A DNA stretch of 64,000 bases from a virus (taxonomy: Duplodnaviria > Caudoviricetes), in the IMG/VR virus record IMGVR_UViG_3300005614_001084, positions 96,001 to 160,000 of that record; one strand, 5' to 3'. Positions 35,893 to 46,381 of this stretch are shown here, piece by piece. The translations under genes were made by a program, and so were the position numbers. The stretch's first letter is position 1; the number at the start of each line of letters is the position of its first letter. Under the pieces are notes generated by a model. That model worked only from the letters and a program-made list of their open reading frames with translations. It made no database searches and was not told where the DNA came from.

Positions 35893-37185
35893 TCAGGCCT
35901 TCTCCTCGATGGTCTGCTTGCCCCGGCGCGTGTCCCAGGTATCCGGGGACATGTCGGCGTGGCAAGCGATGCCGGGGTTCCTCTGCATGAAGATCGTTGC
36001 CTCTTGCTGCGCGATCCGGCGCAGCGTCGGATGCACGCTCGGACTCGTGCGCAGCTCGATCCGATAGAGGAACGCAGGCAGCGGCTGCGTGACGTGGCAC
36101 GAGACGAGGAAGCCCATCGCGCAGTAGTACTGCCGCTGCTCCGGCGACGCATCGAGCGACTGAATGCGCCGGATCTGCGTCGCGATGAGAGCCACCGCTG
36201 CATCCCGCATCTCTTCCGGTAGCTGTTCGAGGTACCACGGATGGAAGCCGCGAGACGGGGAGAGCAGAGGCATGCGCATCACACCGTTGCGATGCCGCTG
36301 AAGATCACGGAAGCTGCCGAAGTCCAGCTCGAACCGAGATTCGATCGAACCGTACTGGCCCAACCAGTGCGGCAGAGGCGCCCGTTTCGGGCGATCCTTC
36401 AGCATCTCCAGCACACCGTTGGGCGTGTAACCGAATCCCGAGAAAGTGAGCTGCACGTTCTTCGGCGCCGGCTCTACGTCGTACGTGTAGTACTCCGAGA
36501 CCTGGTTCATCCACGCCGACACCTCGTCGCTGACCTTGCGGCCGAAGCTCGACGGATAGGTCTGGGCGAGCTTGTCGTAGATGGCATCGGCGAGGTCCGC
36601 GATCTCCAGGTCCGGATGGCGTCGCATCCAGGCGAGGTGGTCGGCGGCCTGCCGCAGATCGGTGTGCCAAGAGAGGTTGGTGGTGACGCCTGCGGGCAAG
36701 AAGGCACGCAGGATGTCGAAGCTTCGTGCCTTGATCGCCCGTCCGTACACCTTCTCGTCTTCGCCCTCACTGATCGGGTAGAGCGAGCGCAGGTGTTCGA
36801 CCACGCGCGGCTCGGCTCTCCGATAGAAGTCCATCCACGTCGCCTGGATCAGCTCTCCCTCTTTCGACTCGATCGGGTTCGCTGGCATGGATTCCGAGAA
36901 ATCCATGTACCGGGTACTGGCCTCCTGGCCCCGATACAACGGCCAGTCCTGGATCGCCTTGGCCGCCAGCATCGAGACGCCCTCGACGAAGATCGTGGTG
37001 GTGCCGCAGTCCCCGATGCTGTCGTGGCCGTAACCGACGTAGTACTGCCCCATGAACTTGTCGGCGCCGACCTGCTCCACCTTCTTCAAATGCTCGATGA
37101 CGCTTGCCGGGCTGCGCGAGTACAGCGCCTGCACCATCGCCTCGCTCTCCGGATGAAGGTCATCCTTGATCAGAATCAGCGTCAT
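35893..37185 (-). CDS. thyX: FAD-dependent thymidylate synthase (long, two-domain type)
   Basis: GYGHDSIGD, QEASTRY, FRDLQRHR. Confidence 0.85.
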   Translation of the reverse strand: MTLILIKDDLHPESEAMVQALYSRSPASVIEHLKKVEQVGADKFMGQYYVGYGHDSIGDCGTTTIFVEGVSMLAAKAIQDWPLYRGQEASTRYMDFSESMPANPIESKEGELIQATWMDFYRRAEPRVVEHLRSLYPISEGEDEKVYGRAIKARSFDILRAFLPAGVTTNLSWHTDLRQAADHLAWMRRHPDLEIADLADAIYDKLAQTYPSSFGRKVSDEVSAWMNQVSEYYTYDVEPAPKNVQLTFSGFGYTPNGVLEMLKDRPKRAPLPHWLGQYGSIESRFELDFGSFRDLQRHRNGVMRMPLLSPSRGFHPWYLEQLPEEMRDAAVALIATQIRRIQSLDASPEQRQYYCAMGFLVSCHVTQPLPAFLYRIELRTSPSVHPTLRRIAQQEATIFMQRNPGIACHADMSPDTWDTRRGKQTIEEKA

Positions 37186-37690
37186 CGACGATCACCTCCG
37201 ATTGGTTGTTGTGGTCGAGCAGGTTGGAAGAGTGCTCCCCGAGCGGGCTGATGAGTTCGAGCACCCCCATGCCGAACCTCTCCGCCACGCCATCCAGCAA
37301 CGCCGCGATCTCTTTCGAGCTGTCCGACTTCTTGAGCAACTCCGAGTAGAGCGCATAGACCTGCGCCGCGTTTCGAATGTTGTCGAGCTTGTCGAACTCC
37401 GTGCGCACCACGCTCGCGGTGAGCCCGTCGCTCAGAGAGGTTCGAGCGATCACTCGATAGGCGACCGCCACCTCCTGAAGCGCGTTGGTCTGCGACATCA
37501 GACGGGCGGCACGCAGCACCGCCTTGTCCCTTTGCTTCGTGGTGGTGTCGAGCTTGCGCTGGACCGCCGCCTTCTCTGTGGTGAGACGCTTGATCTCGTT
37601 GTCCTGCTGCTGGATCTTGTGCAGGAAACCATTGCTGATCGCCCGCGCCGACTCCAGCTCCGCCCTCAGGTTCGATACTTCGTCGCTCAT
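37160..37690 (-). CDS. coiled-coil protein
   Basis: Heptad-rich. Confidence 0.65.
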   Translation of the reverse strand: MSDEVSNLRAELESARAISNGFLHKIQQQDNEIKRLTTEKAAVQRKLDTTTKQRDKAVLRAARLMSQTNALQEVAVAYRVIARTSLSDGLTASVVRTEFDKLDNIRNAAQVYALYSELLKKSDSSKEIAALLDGVAERFGMGVLELISPLGEHSSNLLDHNNQSEVIVDDADSDQG

Positions 37691-38295
37691 GTACGGTCCT
37701 TGCGTGACAGGCTCGGGACAGCCGAGGCCTGGTTCTGGTACTTCGAACGCCGACCACTGTCGCCGTAGGGGCGGCGGGCCGGGAAGTCGAGCTTCTCGAA
37801 GCGGACCTGGCAGATCCGATCTCCGGGATACAGAAGCATGGGACGGCTACTGTCGAGGCTGATCTCCAAGGTGATGGCACCCTGGAAGCCAGCATCGATG
37901 AGACCGGCGGTGCTGTGGATGCGAAGGCCCCAGCGCCCGTAACTGCTGCGCCCGTCGACGAAGGCGACAAGATCGTCGGGCACGCAGATATGCTCCATCG
38001 TGACGCCGAGCGCGAAACCCGCCGGCCCTGGATTCATGATGAACGGTGAGCCCGGAGGAACTTCTTCCTGGTAGAAGAAGTCGATGGCATCCGACGATCG
38101 TGGATCGATGACCTTTTCGTAGGTGCCAGCGAACACCGGCGCCACGTCGTACATGCGCCAGAACATGCTGCCCAGGCGAAGATCGATGGTGCTGGGCTGA
38201 AGCTGCTCGCTGAGGTTGATGGTGTTGTTCGATCCCTTGTCCTTGGGAAAGAACTCTTCGATTCGCTTTTCGAGACTTCGATCACTGAGATTCAT
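37687..38295 (-). CDS. dcd: dCTP deaminase
   Basis: QPSTIDLRLG, GRSSYGRWG, AGLIDAGFQGAITLEI, KYQNQ. Confidence 0.93.
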   Translation of the reverse strand: MNLSDRSLEKRIEEFFPKDKGSNNTINLSEQLQPSTIDLRLGSMFWRMYDVAPVFAGTYEKVIDPRSSDAIDFFYQEEVPPGSPFIMNPGPAGFALGVTMEHICVPDDLVAFVDGRSSYGRWGLRIHSTAGLIDAGFQGAITLEISLDSSRPMLLYPGDRICQVRFEKLDFPARRPYGDSGRRSKYQNQASAVPSLSRKDRT

Positions 38296-38774
38296 GCGCG
38301 TCCTACGTTCGTTGGCCCGTACACATCTGCGGGCAGACAGGTCGGGAACTTGGTGAAGGTACTGGAGAGGCGAACCCACTCGCCATCGGGATGGTCGAAG
38401 ATCCAGGTTCGGAAGCCGAGGTAGACGTGCTCGACGTGCAGCACTGCAACGACGTCGGGGATCCTATCGAGTGCGTCGCCCACGGGTACGTACTCCGCCG
38501 CGACGTCGCGCGGCAAGCACGCCAAGAACCCACCAGCTTCTAGCCGTCCCTCGGTATGGATCGAGCGCGCGGTGTACTGGAGGAACGACTGTAGCCCTAC
38601 CCGCGTGCGGATGAGCTGCTTCGCTGCGATGACGCTGAGCCCGTTCTCCTCCGCAGTCTTGGCGATGAAGCCAAGGCCGTGCGGGAAGAACATCGTATCC
38701 GAGCGAAGTGCCGCCTCCGTCTTGTTGCGGTACTCGTCCGTGATCTGTTCGATTCGATCCCAGTTGTAGAACAT
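38292..38774 (-). CDS. hypothetical protein
   Basis: ORF. Confidence 0.65.
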   Translation of the reverse strand: MFYNWDRIEQITDEYRNKTEAALRSDTMFFPHGLGFIAKTAEENGLSVIAAKQLIRTRVGLQSFLQYTARSIHTEGRLEAGGFLACLPRDVAAEYVPVGDALDRIPDVVAVLHVEHVYLGFRTWIFDHPDGEWVRLSSTFTKFPTCLPADVYGPTNVGRA

Positions 38775-38832
38775 AGCCTGATCGATGCAAAGGGAACGCG
38801 CACGAGGCGCGTTCCCGGGATAGGAGCCCAGA

Positions 38833-39387
38833 CTACCAGGGTCGCAGCAGGTCAGCGAGTTTCGTCGTCGCCGGCTTCTCCGGCTCGGGCTCGACGTACT
38901 GACGATGCAGGACCGGCGCCTGAGGCTCGGGTTGCGGAATGACCACCGGAGCCAGCGGCTCCGGCTCGGGCGGTGGCGTTCGACCGTGGGACTCGTGGAA
39001 GTCCGCCTTCATCCGGAGGAGATGAGACTTCATATCCACGAGCGCCTTGGTGAACAGTCCGACGTCCAACGTGCTAAGCGGGATCGCATTCCGCTCCACG
39101 TCACCGGCATATGACGGCCGGTATCCGTTGATCTTGCCTTCCGCGTCGAGGCTCAATGTCCTCAGCATCGGAATGAAGAAGATCTCTGGCGTTTCGTCGG
39201 GATTTTTCGAGACGTAGAATCGGGCGACGGTCAGATCGTTGTGCAGCTCCGTGCCCACGACACTATCGTGGTACCACGCAGTTGTACGACGAGGCCGGCG
39301 CCTGCGACGCATCTGTCTTCTCGGGATCCTCGGCTCTGCTTCGTCCGACGTTCCCGCTTCTCGATTCGCTTCGTTATTTTGCTCCAC
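38833..39387 (-). CDS. hypothetical protein
   Basis: CTATCAG + GGAGG. Confidence 0.7.
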   Translation of the reverse strand: MEQNNEANREAGTSDEAEPRIPRRQMRRRRRPRRTTAWYHDSVVGTELHNDLTVARFYVSKNPDETPEIFFIPMLRTLSLDAEGKINGYRPSYAGDVERNAIPLSTLDVGLFTKALVDMKSHLLRMKADFHESHGRTPPPEPEPLAPVVIPQPEPQAPVLHRQYVEPEPEKPATTKLADLLRPW

Positions 39388-39427
39388 TGGAGCACCTCCG
39401 TGTTCGCCTGCTGATAGCCGAAATCGA

Positions 39428-39904
39428 CTACCGAGTGAGCAGGGATCCAGGTGCTCCGAAGAGCTGTTCCATCGCAGCGATGATCTCGGCGAGGTAGGGC
39501 GAGACGCGCACCATCTCCGCCGCAGCGTTCGAGCGATACTTCGCCTCGACGTGATCTGCCCAGCGCGACTTGGGGAGCGGTGCGCAGAGGCTGGTGTACT
39601 CCGCCGTCATCGCGCGGTACGACTTGTAGTCGATCTTGCCGTTCGCATCACGCGGCGCTTCGAGGAGGGGACCACGCTGGCTCTGCATGATGATGACCAG
39701 AGCGCGCAGCGAGTTCTTGCGCGCCGACATCTCGTACTCCTGAAGCATCGTGGACAACGTGTTGCACCGCGCGCGAAAGTCCGAAGACACGATGATGGCG
39801 TCGATCACCTTGTAGGCGTCGTCCATCGTCGCCTTGTTCTCCCGCTCGGTAGCCGAGCCCATGATTCGCAGCAGAGGGCCACCAAGGTTCTCGCTTGACA
39901 TCAA
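39428..39904 (-). CDS. hypothetical protein
   Basis: Coupled ORF. Confidence 0.65.
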   Translation of the reverse strand: MMSSENLGGPLLRIMGSATERENKATMDDAYKVIDAIIVSSDFRARCNTLSTMLQEYEMSARKNSLRALVIIMQSQRGPLLEAPRDANGKIDYKSYRAMTAEYTSLCAPLPKSRWADHVEAKYRSNAAAEMVRVSPYLAEIIAAMEQLFGAPGSLLTR

Positions 39905-40197
39905 ACCTTCCTTACGATCGGACCATAGTGAATCGGCAACCCGTCGCCTCCGATGTCGACGCGCACCTTACCGTCTAGAACAGACGTCTTGATCGAGAAG
40001 CGGATGAAGCCCGCTCTACGACCGTACTCCGCCCAGGCCAACCGGCCGGCGGGCGTATGCTTGAGATGGGTCATGCCCATCATCAGATCTCCGGCGGTGA
40101 GGGCGTCCAGGATCCCTTGCAGCTCTTCGGGCTCTGGTGCGTGCGTCCAGCTCACCAGCCGGATCAGTTCTTTCGAAACGATACTGTCGCTAGGCAT
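39901..40197 (-). CDS. hypothetical protein
   Basis: Coupled ORF. Confidence 0.65.
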   Translation of the reverse strand: MPSDSIVSKELIRLVSWTHAPEPEELQGILDALTAGDLMMGMTHLKHTPAGRLAWAEYGRRAGFIRFSIKTSVLDGKVRVDIGGDGLPIHYGPIVRKV

Positions 40198-40565
40198 CAG
40201 CCTCCGATGTTGAAGTTGTAATCGTCGATCAATGTCCAGCCCACGATGCCGGCACGATCTGGCGTGACCTGGACGTTGGTGGGGTTCGTTGCCTGGGTCG
40301 TCAGAACCTGATCGACATCGGCGCGTGTGATGCTCCGTTCGAGCACGAGAGGAAAGGTCTGAGACGGGGGCCAGCCCTTACCCAGCTCGATACGCGGCGG
40401 AGGCACGCCACCGACGTCCTCCCAGCGGATGTAGAGGAAGAAGCGGCGGATGCCGTTCGCCTTGTCGACGATGTCGCGCAGAGACCCCCCATTCACCGGG
40501 TCCTGCTTGATCGCCAGATTGCAGAGGGCTTCGTACTGCTCGCGCGACATCGTGACGTTGGCCAT
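40197..40565 (-). CDS. hypothetical protein
   Basis: ORF. Confidence 0.7.
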   Translation of the reverse strand: MANVTMSREQYEALCNLAIKQDPVNGGSLRDIVDKANGIRRFFLYIRWEDVGGVPPPRIELGKGWPPSQTFPLVLERSITRADVDQVLTTQATNPTNVQVTPDRAGIVGWTLIDDYNFNIGG

Positions 40566-40575
40566 GGGCCGAAGT

Positions 40576-41076
40576 CTACTCCTTCACGAGCCGGACGGCG
40601 CCATCTCCGAACACCGGCAGCGGATAGAGGACCCGCGCCGGGCGATTATGCCGATGCGTCGCCACCTGTGCGAAGCGGATGACGTCGATCTCCCGAAGGG
40701 CCGACTTCTCGGAGTCCGAGCCGTGCACCGCGTTGTACATGATCGGCTTGTCCTTGGAGCCGAATCGCTGCCTGATGGTGCCGGGATCCGCCGCCTTCGG
40801 GTCCGTGGCCCCCATGAGCGTCCGCCAGCGCGCCACCGCGTCGTCGCCCACCAGACTCACCGCGATGATGGGCCCCGAGACCATGAACGCGATGAGGTCG
40901 AGGAAGAACGGGCGATCCTTGTGTTCGCTGTAGAACTCGCGCACCAGGTCTGCTGGCCACTTGCAGCCGTGCATCTCTCCGATGGTGAAGTTCTGCTCCA
41001 TCTCCGTGATGAGCTGTCCCGCGCAACCGGAGAGGACTGCGTCGGGCTTGATGAGGGCGAGAGTGATCTGTTTCAT
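40576..41076 (-). CDS. ndk: nucleoside diphosphate kinase
   Basis: TLALIKPDAV, MGATDP..PGTIR, NAVHGSDS. Confidence 0.95.
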   Translation of the reverse strand: MKQITLALIKPDAVLSGCAGQLITEMEQNFTIGEMHGCKWPADLVREFYSEHKDRPFFLDLIAFMVSGPIIAVSLVGDDAVARWRTLMGATDPKAADPGTIRQRFGSKDKPIMYNAVHGSDSEKSALREIDVIRFAQVATHRHNRPARVLYPLPVFGDGAVRLVKE

Positions 41077-41150
41077 GTCTTCTCCATCCAAAAACGACTA
41101 CGGGCCGCGCCTACGTGAGGCACGACCCGTAGTAACCCGACCGAGCTTGA

Positions 41151-42032
41151 TCACTTCTTCGCGGGAGGCGACATCGCGACGAGCATCTTGGCCGACTCCA
41201 TCTGGAACGCGGGATCGTTGACGTGGAGATCGATGATCTCCCCCATCTTGTCCACCCACCCCAGCATGGTCTCGCGGGTGAAGATGAAGATGCCGTCGGG
41301 CAGCTTCGCGTTCGGCAGCTCTCCGCTCTCCACCGCGGCGTCGAGGTCGTCGCCGAGGCTCGCGGCGCCCGGCGAGAGGTAGAAGATCACCTGGATCTGC
41401 CCCTCCTCGTCGGAGCGCTTCACGATGTTCGCGACGTCGGCGGGGCTACCGCCCATGAAGAAGTCGTTCTTCAGCGCCTCGGGCGTGAACTTGTGCGCGA
41501 GGAACGAAGCGTTCCGCAGGTCCATCATGACCTCGGGGATCTTCTCGAAGCCCTCGTCCTCCTCGCCCAGCTCCATCGCCTGGCGGATCTCCGAGTAGTT
41601 GAAGCCCGCGCTCTTGTCCTCCTGCGCGGCGAACACGCCCATCACCTTCTTGTGCCACGAACGATCGGCGTTCTTGGTTCCGCTCTTCTTCTTGCCTGCC
41701 ATCGAGATCTCCTTCTTGTCGGGAACGGTTTCGGGAGCGGACTTCGGGGAGCCGCTAAGCCCAGGGATAGCGTAGACGTATGCCGGGCGTCCAGAGGTGT
41801 TCTTACGAACCTCGCCCGTCTTGATCAGCGCCCCACGGTTGAACAGCGCGTTGATACGTGCCGACACCGACTGGTGCTTCTGCTTGAGCGCAAGCTCGAC
41901 CTCCTCGGTCGTACAGCCTGCGGGTGTGAGGACGAACACTGCGTAGACCTCGGCCTCCCTCTTCGCGAGGGAGGCTTCGACGCTGCGCGCAGCAGCGATC
42001 GAGGTCGCGGTGTAGTTGTGCGGCGCCTTCAT
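41151..42032 (-). CDS. wHTH-containing protein; possible internal start at 41702
   Basis: HQSVSARINAL..TSGRPAYVY; internal AAGGAG-N6-ATG. Confidence 0.7.
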   Translation of the reverse strand: MKAPHNYTATSIAAARSVEASLAKREAEVYAVFVLTPAGCTTEEVELALKQKHQSVSARINALFNRGALIKTGEVRKNTSGRPAYVYAIPGLSGSPKSAPETVPDKKEISMAGKKKSGTKNADRSWHKKVMGVFAAQEDKSAGFNYSEIRQAMELGEEDEGFEKIPEVMMDLRNASFLAHKFTPEALKNDFFMGGSPADVANIVKRSDEEGQIQVIFYLSPGAASLGDDLDAAVESGELPNAKLPDGIFIFTRETMLGWVDKMGEIIDLHVNDPAFQMESAKMLVAMSPPAKK

Positions 42033-42352
42033 CGCGTCTTCAGCTCGTCGTAGCCGAGCAGGCGCGCCTCCTCCACACTGCCAACGCGCAGTGGCTTCGG
42101 GTCGCCCATGACGACGAAGTGCTCGGTCTCGCAGTCCGCGCAGATGATGGGGCCGCGGATTGTCTGGTCGGGGCCGTTCTCCTGGCCACCCAGCTTGTCC
42201 CAGCTTGCCTTGAGGTCAGCCTGACCGATCTTCTGGCCGCCGATCTTGATGGTCCAGTTGCGGTCGGCGAGGGGTACGATCTTCTGGATGGTGACCTTCG
42301 CCCGCAGATCCTCGCTACCGCAGCTACCGCACTTCTTGCTCGTTCCGCTCAT
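42029..42352 (-). CDS. Zn-binding hypothetical protein
   Basis: CGSC..CADC. Confidence 0.65.
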   Translation of the reverse strand: MSGTSKKCGSCGSEDLRAKVTIQKIVPLADRNWTIKIGGQKIGQADLKASWDKLGGQENGPDQTIRGPIICADCETEHFVVMGDPKPLRVGSVEEARLLGYDELKTR

Positions 42353-42720
42353 CTCTCCTCCAGTACTTTCTCCAGAGACTTGATCACTTCTTCGCTCGCC
42401 TCCACCTCCACGGGGGAGTCGCCCATGTTACTGCGCATCTGCTTGATGAGGTGCCTGACGCTCTCCTCAGTGAGACGCCATTCCCAACACAGGTCGGGCG
42501 GGCTGTCCAGCAGCCATTTCTCTGCGTCCTTGCCACGAAGCACGGTTCCTTCGGGCGGGCTTCGCGGATCGACGTCGCGCCCATAGTACTCGGGCCGGTC
42601 ATTTCCGAAGCCCGAGCCCATCGAGGCCCAGGAGAAGAACGCCTGCTTGATGTCGGCGTCCTGCGATCGAGCGACGAACTCCTCCGCGATCTTGACGACC
42701 ACTAGCCTGTCAGGCACGGG
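42349..42720 (-). CDS. hypothetical protein (start approximate)
   Basis: ORF. Confidence 0.55.
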   Translation of the reverse strand, partial: PVPDRLVVVKIAEEFVARSQDADIKQAFFSWASMGSGFGNDRPEYYGRDVDPRSPPEGTVLRGKDAEKWLLDSPPDLCWEWRLTEESVRHLIKQMRSNMGDSPVEVEASEEVIKSLEKVLEER

Positions 42721-42895
42721 CAGCCGTTCGCAAGATCTGAAGCTCGTCGTTGATGGTGTCCAGGAACTCGCGGTAGTCATCCTGCTTCATCTTGTTGGGG
42801 TTGCCCAAGTCTTCGATGAGGACGATGACCTGCTTGACCGGGTCGTGAGAGGGGGTGGTCGTACGGCGCGGCGGAACGGGCTTGCTCTTGGGCAT
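42710..42895 (-). CDS. small hypothetical protein
   Basis: GAGGAG RBS then MPKSKPV. Confidence 0.6.
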   Translation of the reverse strand: MPKSKPVPPRRTTTPSHDPVKQVIVLIEDLGNPNKMKQDDYREFLDTINDELQILRTAARA

Positions 42896-42967
42896 AGATC
42901 TCCTCACATGCTGATACGCGAAACACGAAGAGAAGCGGAAAAGGCCTATCAGCAAGCGGAGGAAACG

Positions 42968-43684
42968 ATGCAGTTCAGCCTTGCGAATGGTTCCATGTCC
43001 CCCGATCTTCCCATCACCATTGTGGACCAGTCCTCGATGACGATGGCGGACGAAGAGATGATCGTCGCCTTCGGCGAACACATGCCGGAGTCCAAGTTCC
43101 ATCCCGGTGATCTCGGCTACCTGACGGAGGCGACGTCGTACCTGAAGCAGCGGGGCAAGACGTTGCCGCGACTGTGGCAGGTACGCTTCATCATCTCGAT
43201 GTGGCAGCACGAGCTGATGGCTCTGGCCCACACCCACAACGGCCTGATGGGTATCGATCACGCCCACTCCCTGCTCCAGAGCAGGGGGATGGTGGAGATG
43301 AACTACCGCAAGCCGATGCTGTACTGCCACGCCTTCCCGCACGGCATGTACCCCGACACCGCGGCTTGGATCCCCGAACGTGCCCTCCGGAAGATCAGCT
43401 TCCGTGAACAGAACCAGCAGTGGCAGCGCATCCTCGACGAGGCGAAGGCCCCGTTCGTCGGGTACGACACCTCTCACCTCATGGCGCCGTACATCTACGA
43501 TCTTGCGCCCGACCGCTACAGCAGTGGCGAGAACCTCGGACGCCCCTTCAGCTTCGAAGAAGCCACGGTCCATACCGCCGCGCTGCTCGGGCTCGAAGAG
43601 GTGATGTTCAGGCCCGTCGACGCCTACTACATCAACAGCAACCGGATCATCGATCCGCAGCACGACATCTTCAAGGGGAAGTGA
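42968..43684 (+). CDS. hypothetical protein
   Basis: CTATCAG + GGAGG then ATG 42968. Confidence 0.75.
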   Translation: MQFSLANGSMSPDLPITIVDQSSMTMADEEMIVAFGEHMPESKFHPGDLGYLTEATSYLKQRGKTLPRLWQVRFIISMWQHELMALAHTHNGLMGIDHAHSLLQSRGMVEMNYRKPMLYCHAFPHGMYPDTAAWIPERALRKISFREQNQQWQRILDEAKAPFVGYDTSHLMAPYIYDLAPDRYSSGENLGRPFSFEEATVHTAALLGLEEVMFRPVDAYYINSNRIIDPQHDIFKGK

Positions 43685-43685
43685 C

Positions 43686-44156
43686 ATGACCAAGAACGGA
43701 ACGATCGCCGTATTTCTCGCCCTGTGCATGAACTACGGGTGCCTGCTCTGTATCGCATACGTGCTGCACAACGGCATCGACCTGTGGCAGCACGCCATCC
43801 CACCTGCCGAGCTTCTGGCCCAGGATCAGGCACAGCGAGAAGCCAACATCGCAGAGCACGAGGACTACCTCCGAGAGCATCCTCCGCAAGACGCCGCGGT
43901 GATCTACCAGGATGCTGGACTGGAGCCCGCGTACCCCGATGGCGGCATGTCGGCGACGCGCTACATCGAGCACTGCCGGATGCTGTGCGAGACACCACGT
44001 CGGCACTTCGTCAGCGACCCACCGCCGCTACCCGGAGTCCCTCACGTTCTGTCCGTCAACCCCGAGGCCAACACCTGCACGTGCTGGAGACCGGATCGCC
44101 CCTACTGGGGACCCGTCGAGGTCTACTACAACTGGAGTCGGAGGAGCGGAGGATGA
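43686..44156 (+). CDS. membrane-anchored protein
   Basis: N-terminal TM. Confidence 0.65.
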   Translation: MTKNGTIAVFLALCMNYGCLLCIAYVLHNGIDLWQHAIPPAELLAQDQAQREANIAEHEDYLREHPPQDAAVIYQDAGLEPAYPDGGMSATRYIEHCRMLCETPRRHFVSDPPPLPGVPHVLSVNPEANTCTCWRPDRPYWGPVEVYYNWSRRSGG

Positions 44157-44413
44157 ACACGATCACGGAAGAAGCACTCGCCAAGATGAAGGCCGGAGCA
44201 CACGAAGGTACGCGCTGGGCCGCCTACGAGAACAAAGCGCTGGACAGCGCAACTCTCGGCGATCTGCGGTTCCTGAAGGTGGGCAAGGACTGCACGTTCA
44301 AGGAGCCGCCGGCACGCTACCCCGACACCGTGCACGGCACGGGCTGGCGCCACGTCTTCGTCGGTTACGTCGACCTGGAGAAGGGAATCATCGATGATCG
44401 AACCCACGGCTAG
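44153..44413 (+). CDS. hypothetical protein
   Basis: GGAGG, ATGA overlap. Confidence 0.65.
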   Translation: MNTITEEALAKMKAGAHEGTRWAAYENKALDSATLGDLRFLKVGKDCTFKEPPARYPDTVHGTGWRHVFVGYVDLEKGIIDDRTHG

Positions 44414-44651
44414 CATCGGCATCATCGTGGTGCCGCAGAAGATGGTGCAGGCGGCTCGCGTCAACAAGGATCACTTCGGGCATCACCTGGTGTGGTGGCT
44501 GAAGATCGGAGAACAATGGGTGAGCACGGGAGTCCCGGCTGGAGAGACCGAGGAAGAACGCTCGAAGTCGGAACGGGCGCTGTGCGACGCCCTGGGCTGG
44601 GAGACCCCGAAGGCTCATCGCATCATCCCGCCAGGCCCGTGGCCCGCCTGA
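44394..44651 (+). CDS. hypothetical protein
   Basis: ORF. Confidence 0.55.
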   Translation: MIEPTASIGIIVVPQKMVQAARVNKDHFGHHLVWWLKIGEQWVSTGVPAGETEEERSKSERALCDALGWETPKAHRIIPPGPWPA

Positions 44652-44653
44652 AC

Positions 44654-45043
44654 CTGAGTAAGATCACCTCGACATACTTCTATGACTTCGAGGACCCCAA
44701 CGTCATCAACAGCGGATGGTGCTTCGTCTGGGCGTGGCTCGCGCACCTGAAGTGTGGCGGCGAGCTGTGGACGTACGACGAGCCGCTCACGATGCAGTAC
44801 CGCGACTGCCACGCCTTCATCAAGGTCGGATCGCTGTACTACGACAGCAGCCGGCCCCGCGGCGTCCGCAAGATGGAACGGCTCAGCTTCTTCGGTAGCC
44901 CACCGGAGAAGGAGTTCCTGATCCCGAAGCAGACGCCCGAGGAGTTCAGGAGGTTCTGGGAGCGCAACGGAAGGAACATCTCCTGGGAGACACAGATGCT
45001 CGATCCATGGCCTAAGATCCTGCCAAAACGCCCCGATCTCTAG
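44654..45043 (+). CDS. hypothetical protein (start uncertain)
   Basis: INSGWC..HAFI..YYD, papain-like triad pattern. Confidence 0.5.
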   Translation: MSKITSTYFYDFEDPNVINSGWCFVWAWLAHLKCGGELWTYDEPLTMQYRDCHAFIKVGSLYYDSSRPRGVRKMERLSFFGSPPEKEFLIPKQTPEEFRRFWERNGRNISWETQMLDPWPKILPKRPDL

Positions 45044-45068
45044 CTATAAGCAGGTAGAGGAGGGACTC

Positions 45069-45281
45069 ATGCAGATCTTCAAAGGGCTGTGGTCGTTACC
45101 GAGTGTCGCCGAGGTCATCACGCTGGATCAAGAGCTTCAGCGCCTGGCCCAGCGGAGCAAGAAGTCGCCGGAGCAGCGCAACCTCGTTCGTCGTCGCATC
45201 ACCGCAACGATGCAGGCGCGCGAGCAGGTCATCGGCATCACGAATGCGGAGCGCAGGCTTCGCGAGTACCTGGGCAACTGA
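45069..45281 (+). CDS. hypothetical protein
   Basis: CTATAAG + GGAGG. Confidence 0.7.
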   Translation: MQIFKGLWSLPSVAEVITLDQELQRLAQRSKKSPEQRNLVRRRITATMQAREQVIGITNAERRLREYLGN

Positions 45282-45318
45282 TCGAATCGTACAACCAAAA
45301 AGAAGAGACAACACGAAC

Positions 45319-45750
45319 ATGCTGAACAAGATCAAGAACTTCCTGTCCGAGGTGGGCAAGCGTGTGTGGCATGCCTGCAAGTCGCTGGTCGTCGGCATCG
45401 GCGGCGGCGTGGTGGCATCGATGGGCGCGGCTCCGGTCTCGATCGGCATCGGGGTCGTGACGCCGCTGCTCCTGGTCTCGAACGAGGGGCTCGGCGCGCT
45501 CCCGATGGGCCTGATGGCCGGCGTGCTCAGCATGCTGAGCACCCTGGCGGTCTTCCAGGTCATCGCCGTGATGTCGCCGCTCGTCGGCGTCTACGATGCC
45601 GTGGCCTGGCTCGCTCTGGGCGAAGGCAGCGGGGTCGACAAGATCGGAGACGTCATCAACGACATCTCCGTGGTCATGGAAAAGAACACGGACGACCTGG
45701 TACGGCGGCGCACCGTCGAAGTGGTGGAGGCCCCGGCCGTGAACGCCTGA
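45319..45750 (+). CDS. membrane protein
   Basis: Long hydrophobic segments. Confidence 0.65.
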   Translation: MLNKIKNFLSEVGKRVWHACKSLVVGIGGGVVASMGAAPVSIGIGVVTPLLLVSNEGLGALPMGLMAGVLSMLSTLAVFQVIAVMSPLVGVYDAVAWLALGEGSGVDKIGDVINDISVVMEKNTDDLVRRRTVEVVEAPAVNA

Positions 45751-45796
45751 GATCGTGGCGCTCTCCCGCAAGGGATGAGCGCCAGATCTCTTTGCC

Positions 45797-46381
45797 TCAA
45801 TCCTTGAGCCACTCCTCGCTGAGCTTGGTGTAGCTGTTCGCGACCGGACGACCGCCCATCATCTCCGGCACGATCTTCATCAGGATGTCGGCGTCATTGA
45901 GCGCGTTGTGTGCTGCTTCCGGATCGTAGTTGATCTGAAGCGCGCCAGCGACATCGAGCAGCTTGTGGTGTGCACGCATGCGCAGACTCGGATGGTGCTT
46001 CTTCGCGAACTCCATGGTGCAGAGAGTGGGGACGCCCCGCGGCCACTCCTCGCGCGGAATCACGTAGCTCAACATCCGGGCGTCGAAGTTCATCTGATGC
46101 GCCACCCACGGCACATCCATCCGCAGCATGTCGAGGACCTGCGGACGTATCTCGTAGAACTCCGGAGAGTTCTCCACGTCCTCGTCCGAGATGCCGTGAA
46201 CCGCTCGGGCTCCTTCGGAGATCGCACGCTTCGGGTTCACGAGAGAATGGAAGACACGAATGATCTTCCCCTGACGCGCCAGGATGATTGCGATCTCGCA
46301 GATGCGGTCCTCTCTGCTGAAGCCCGTGGTCTCGGTGTCGATGGCGAGATAGGGCGTCTCGGACCAGGTAAGGTCGATCAT
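45797..46381 (-). CDS. DnaQ/epsilon-like 3'-5' exonuclease
   Basis: IDTETTG, VHGI, VAHQMNFD, AHNALND. Confidence 0.88.
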   Translation of the reverse strand: MIDLTWSETPYLAIDTETTGFSREDRICEIAIILARQGKIIRVFHSLVNPKRAISEGARAVHGISDEDVENSPEFYEIRPQVLDMLRMDVPWVAHQMNFDARMLSYVIPREEWPRGVPTLCTMEFAKKHHPSLRMRAHHKLLDVAGALQINYDPEAAHNALNDADILMKIVPEMMGGRPVANSYTKLSEEWLKD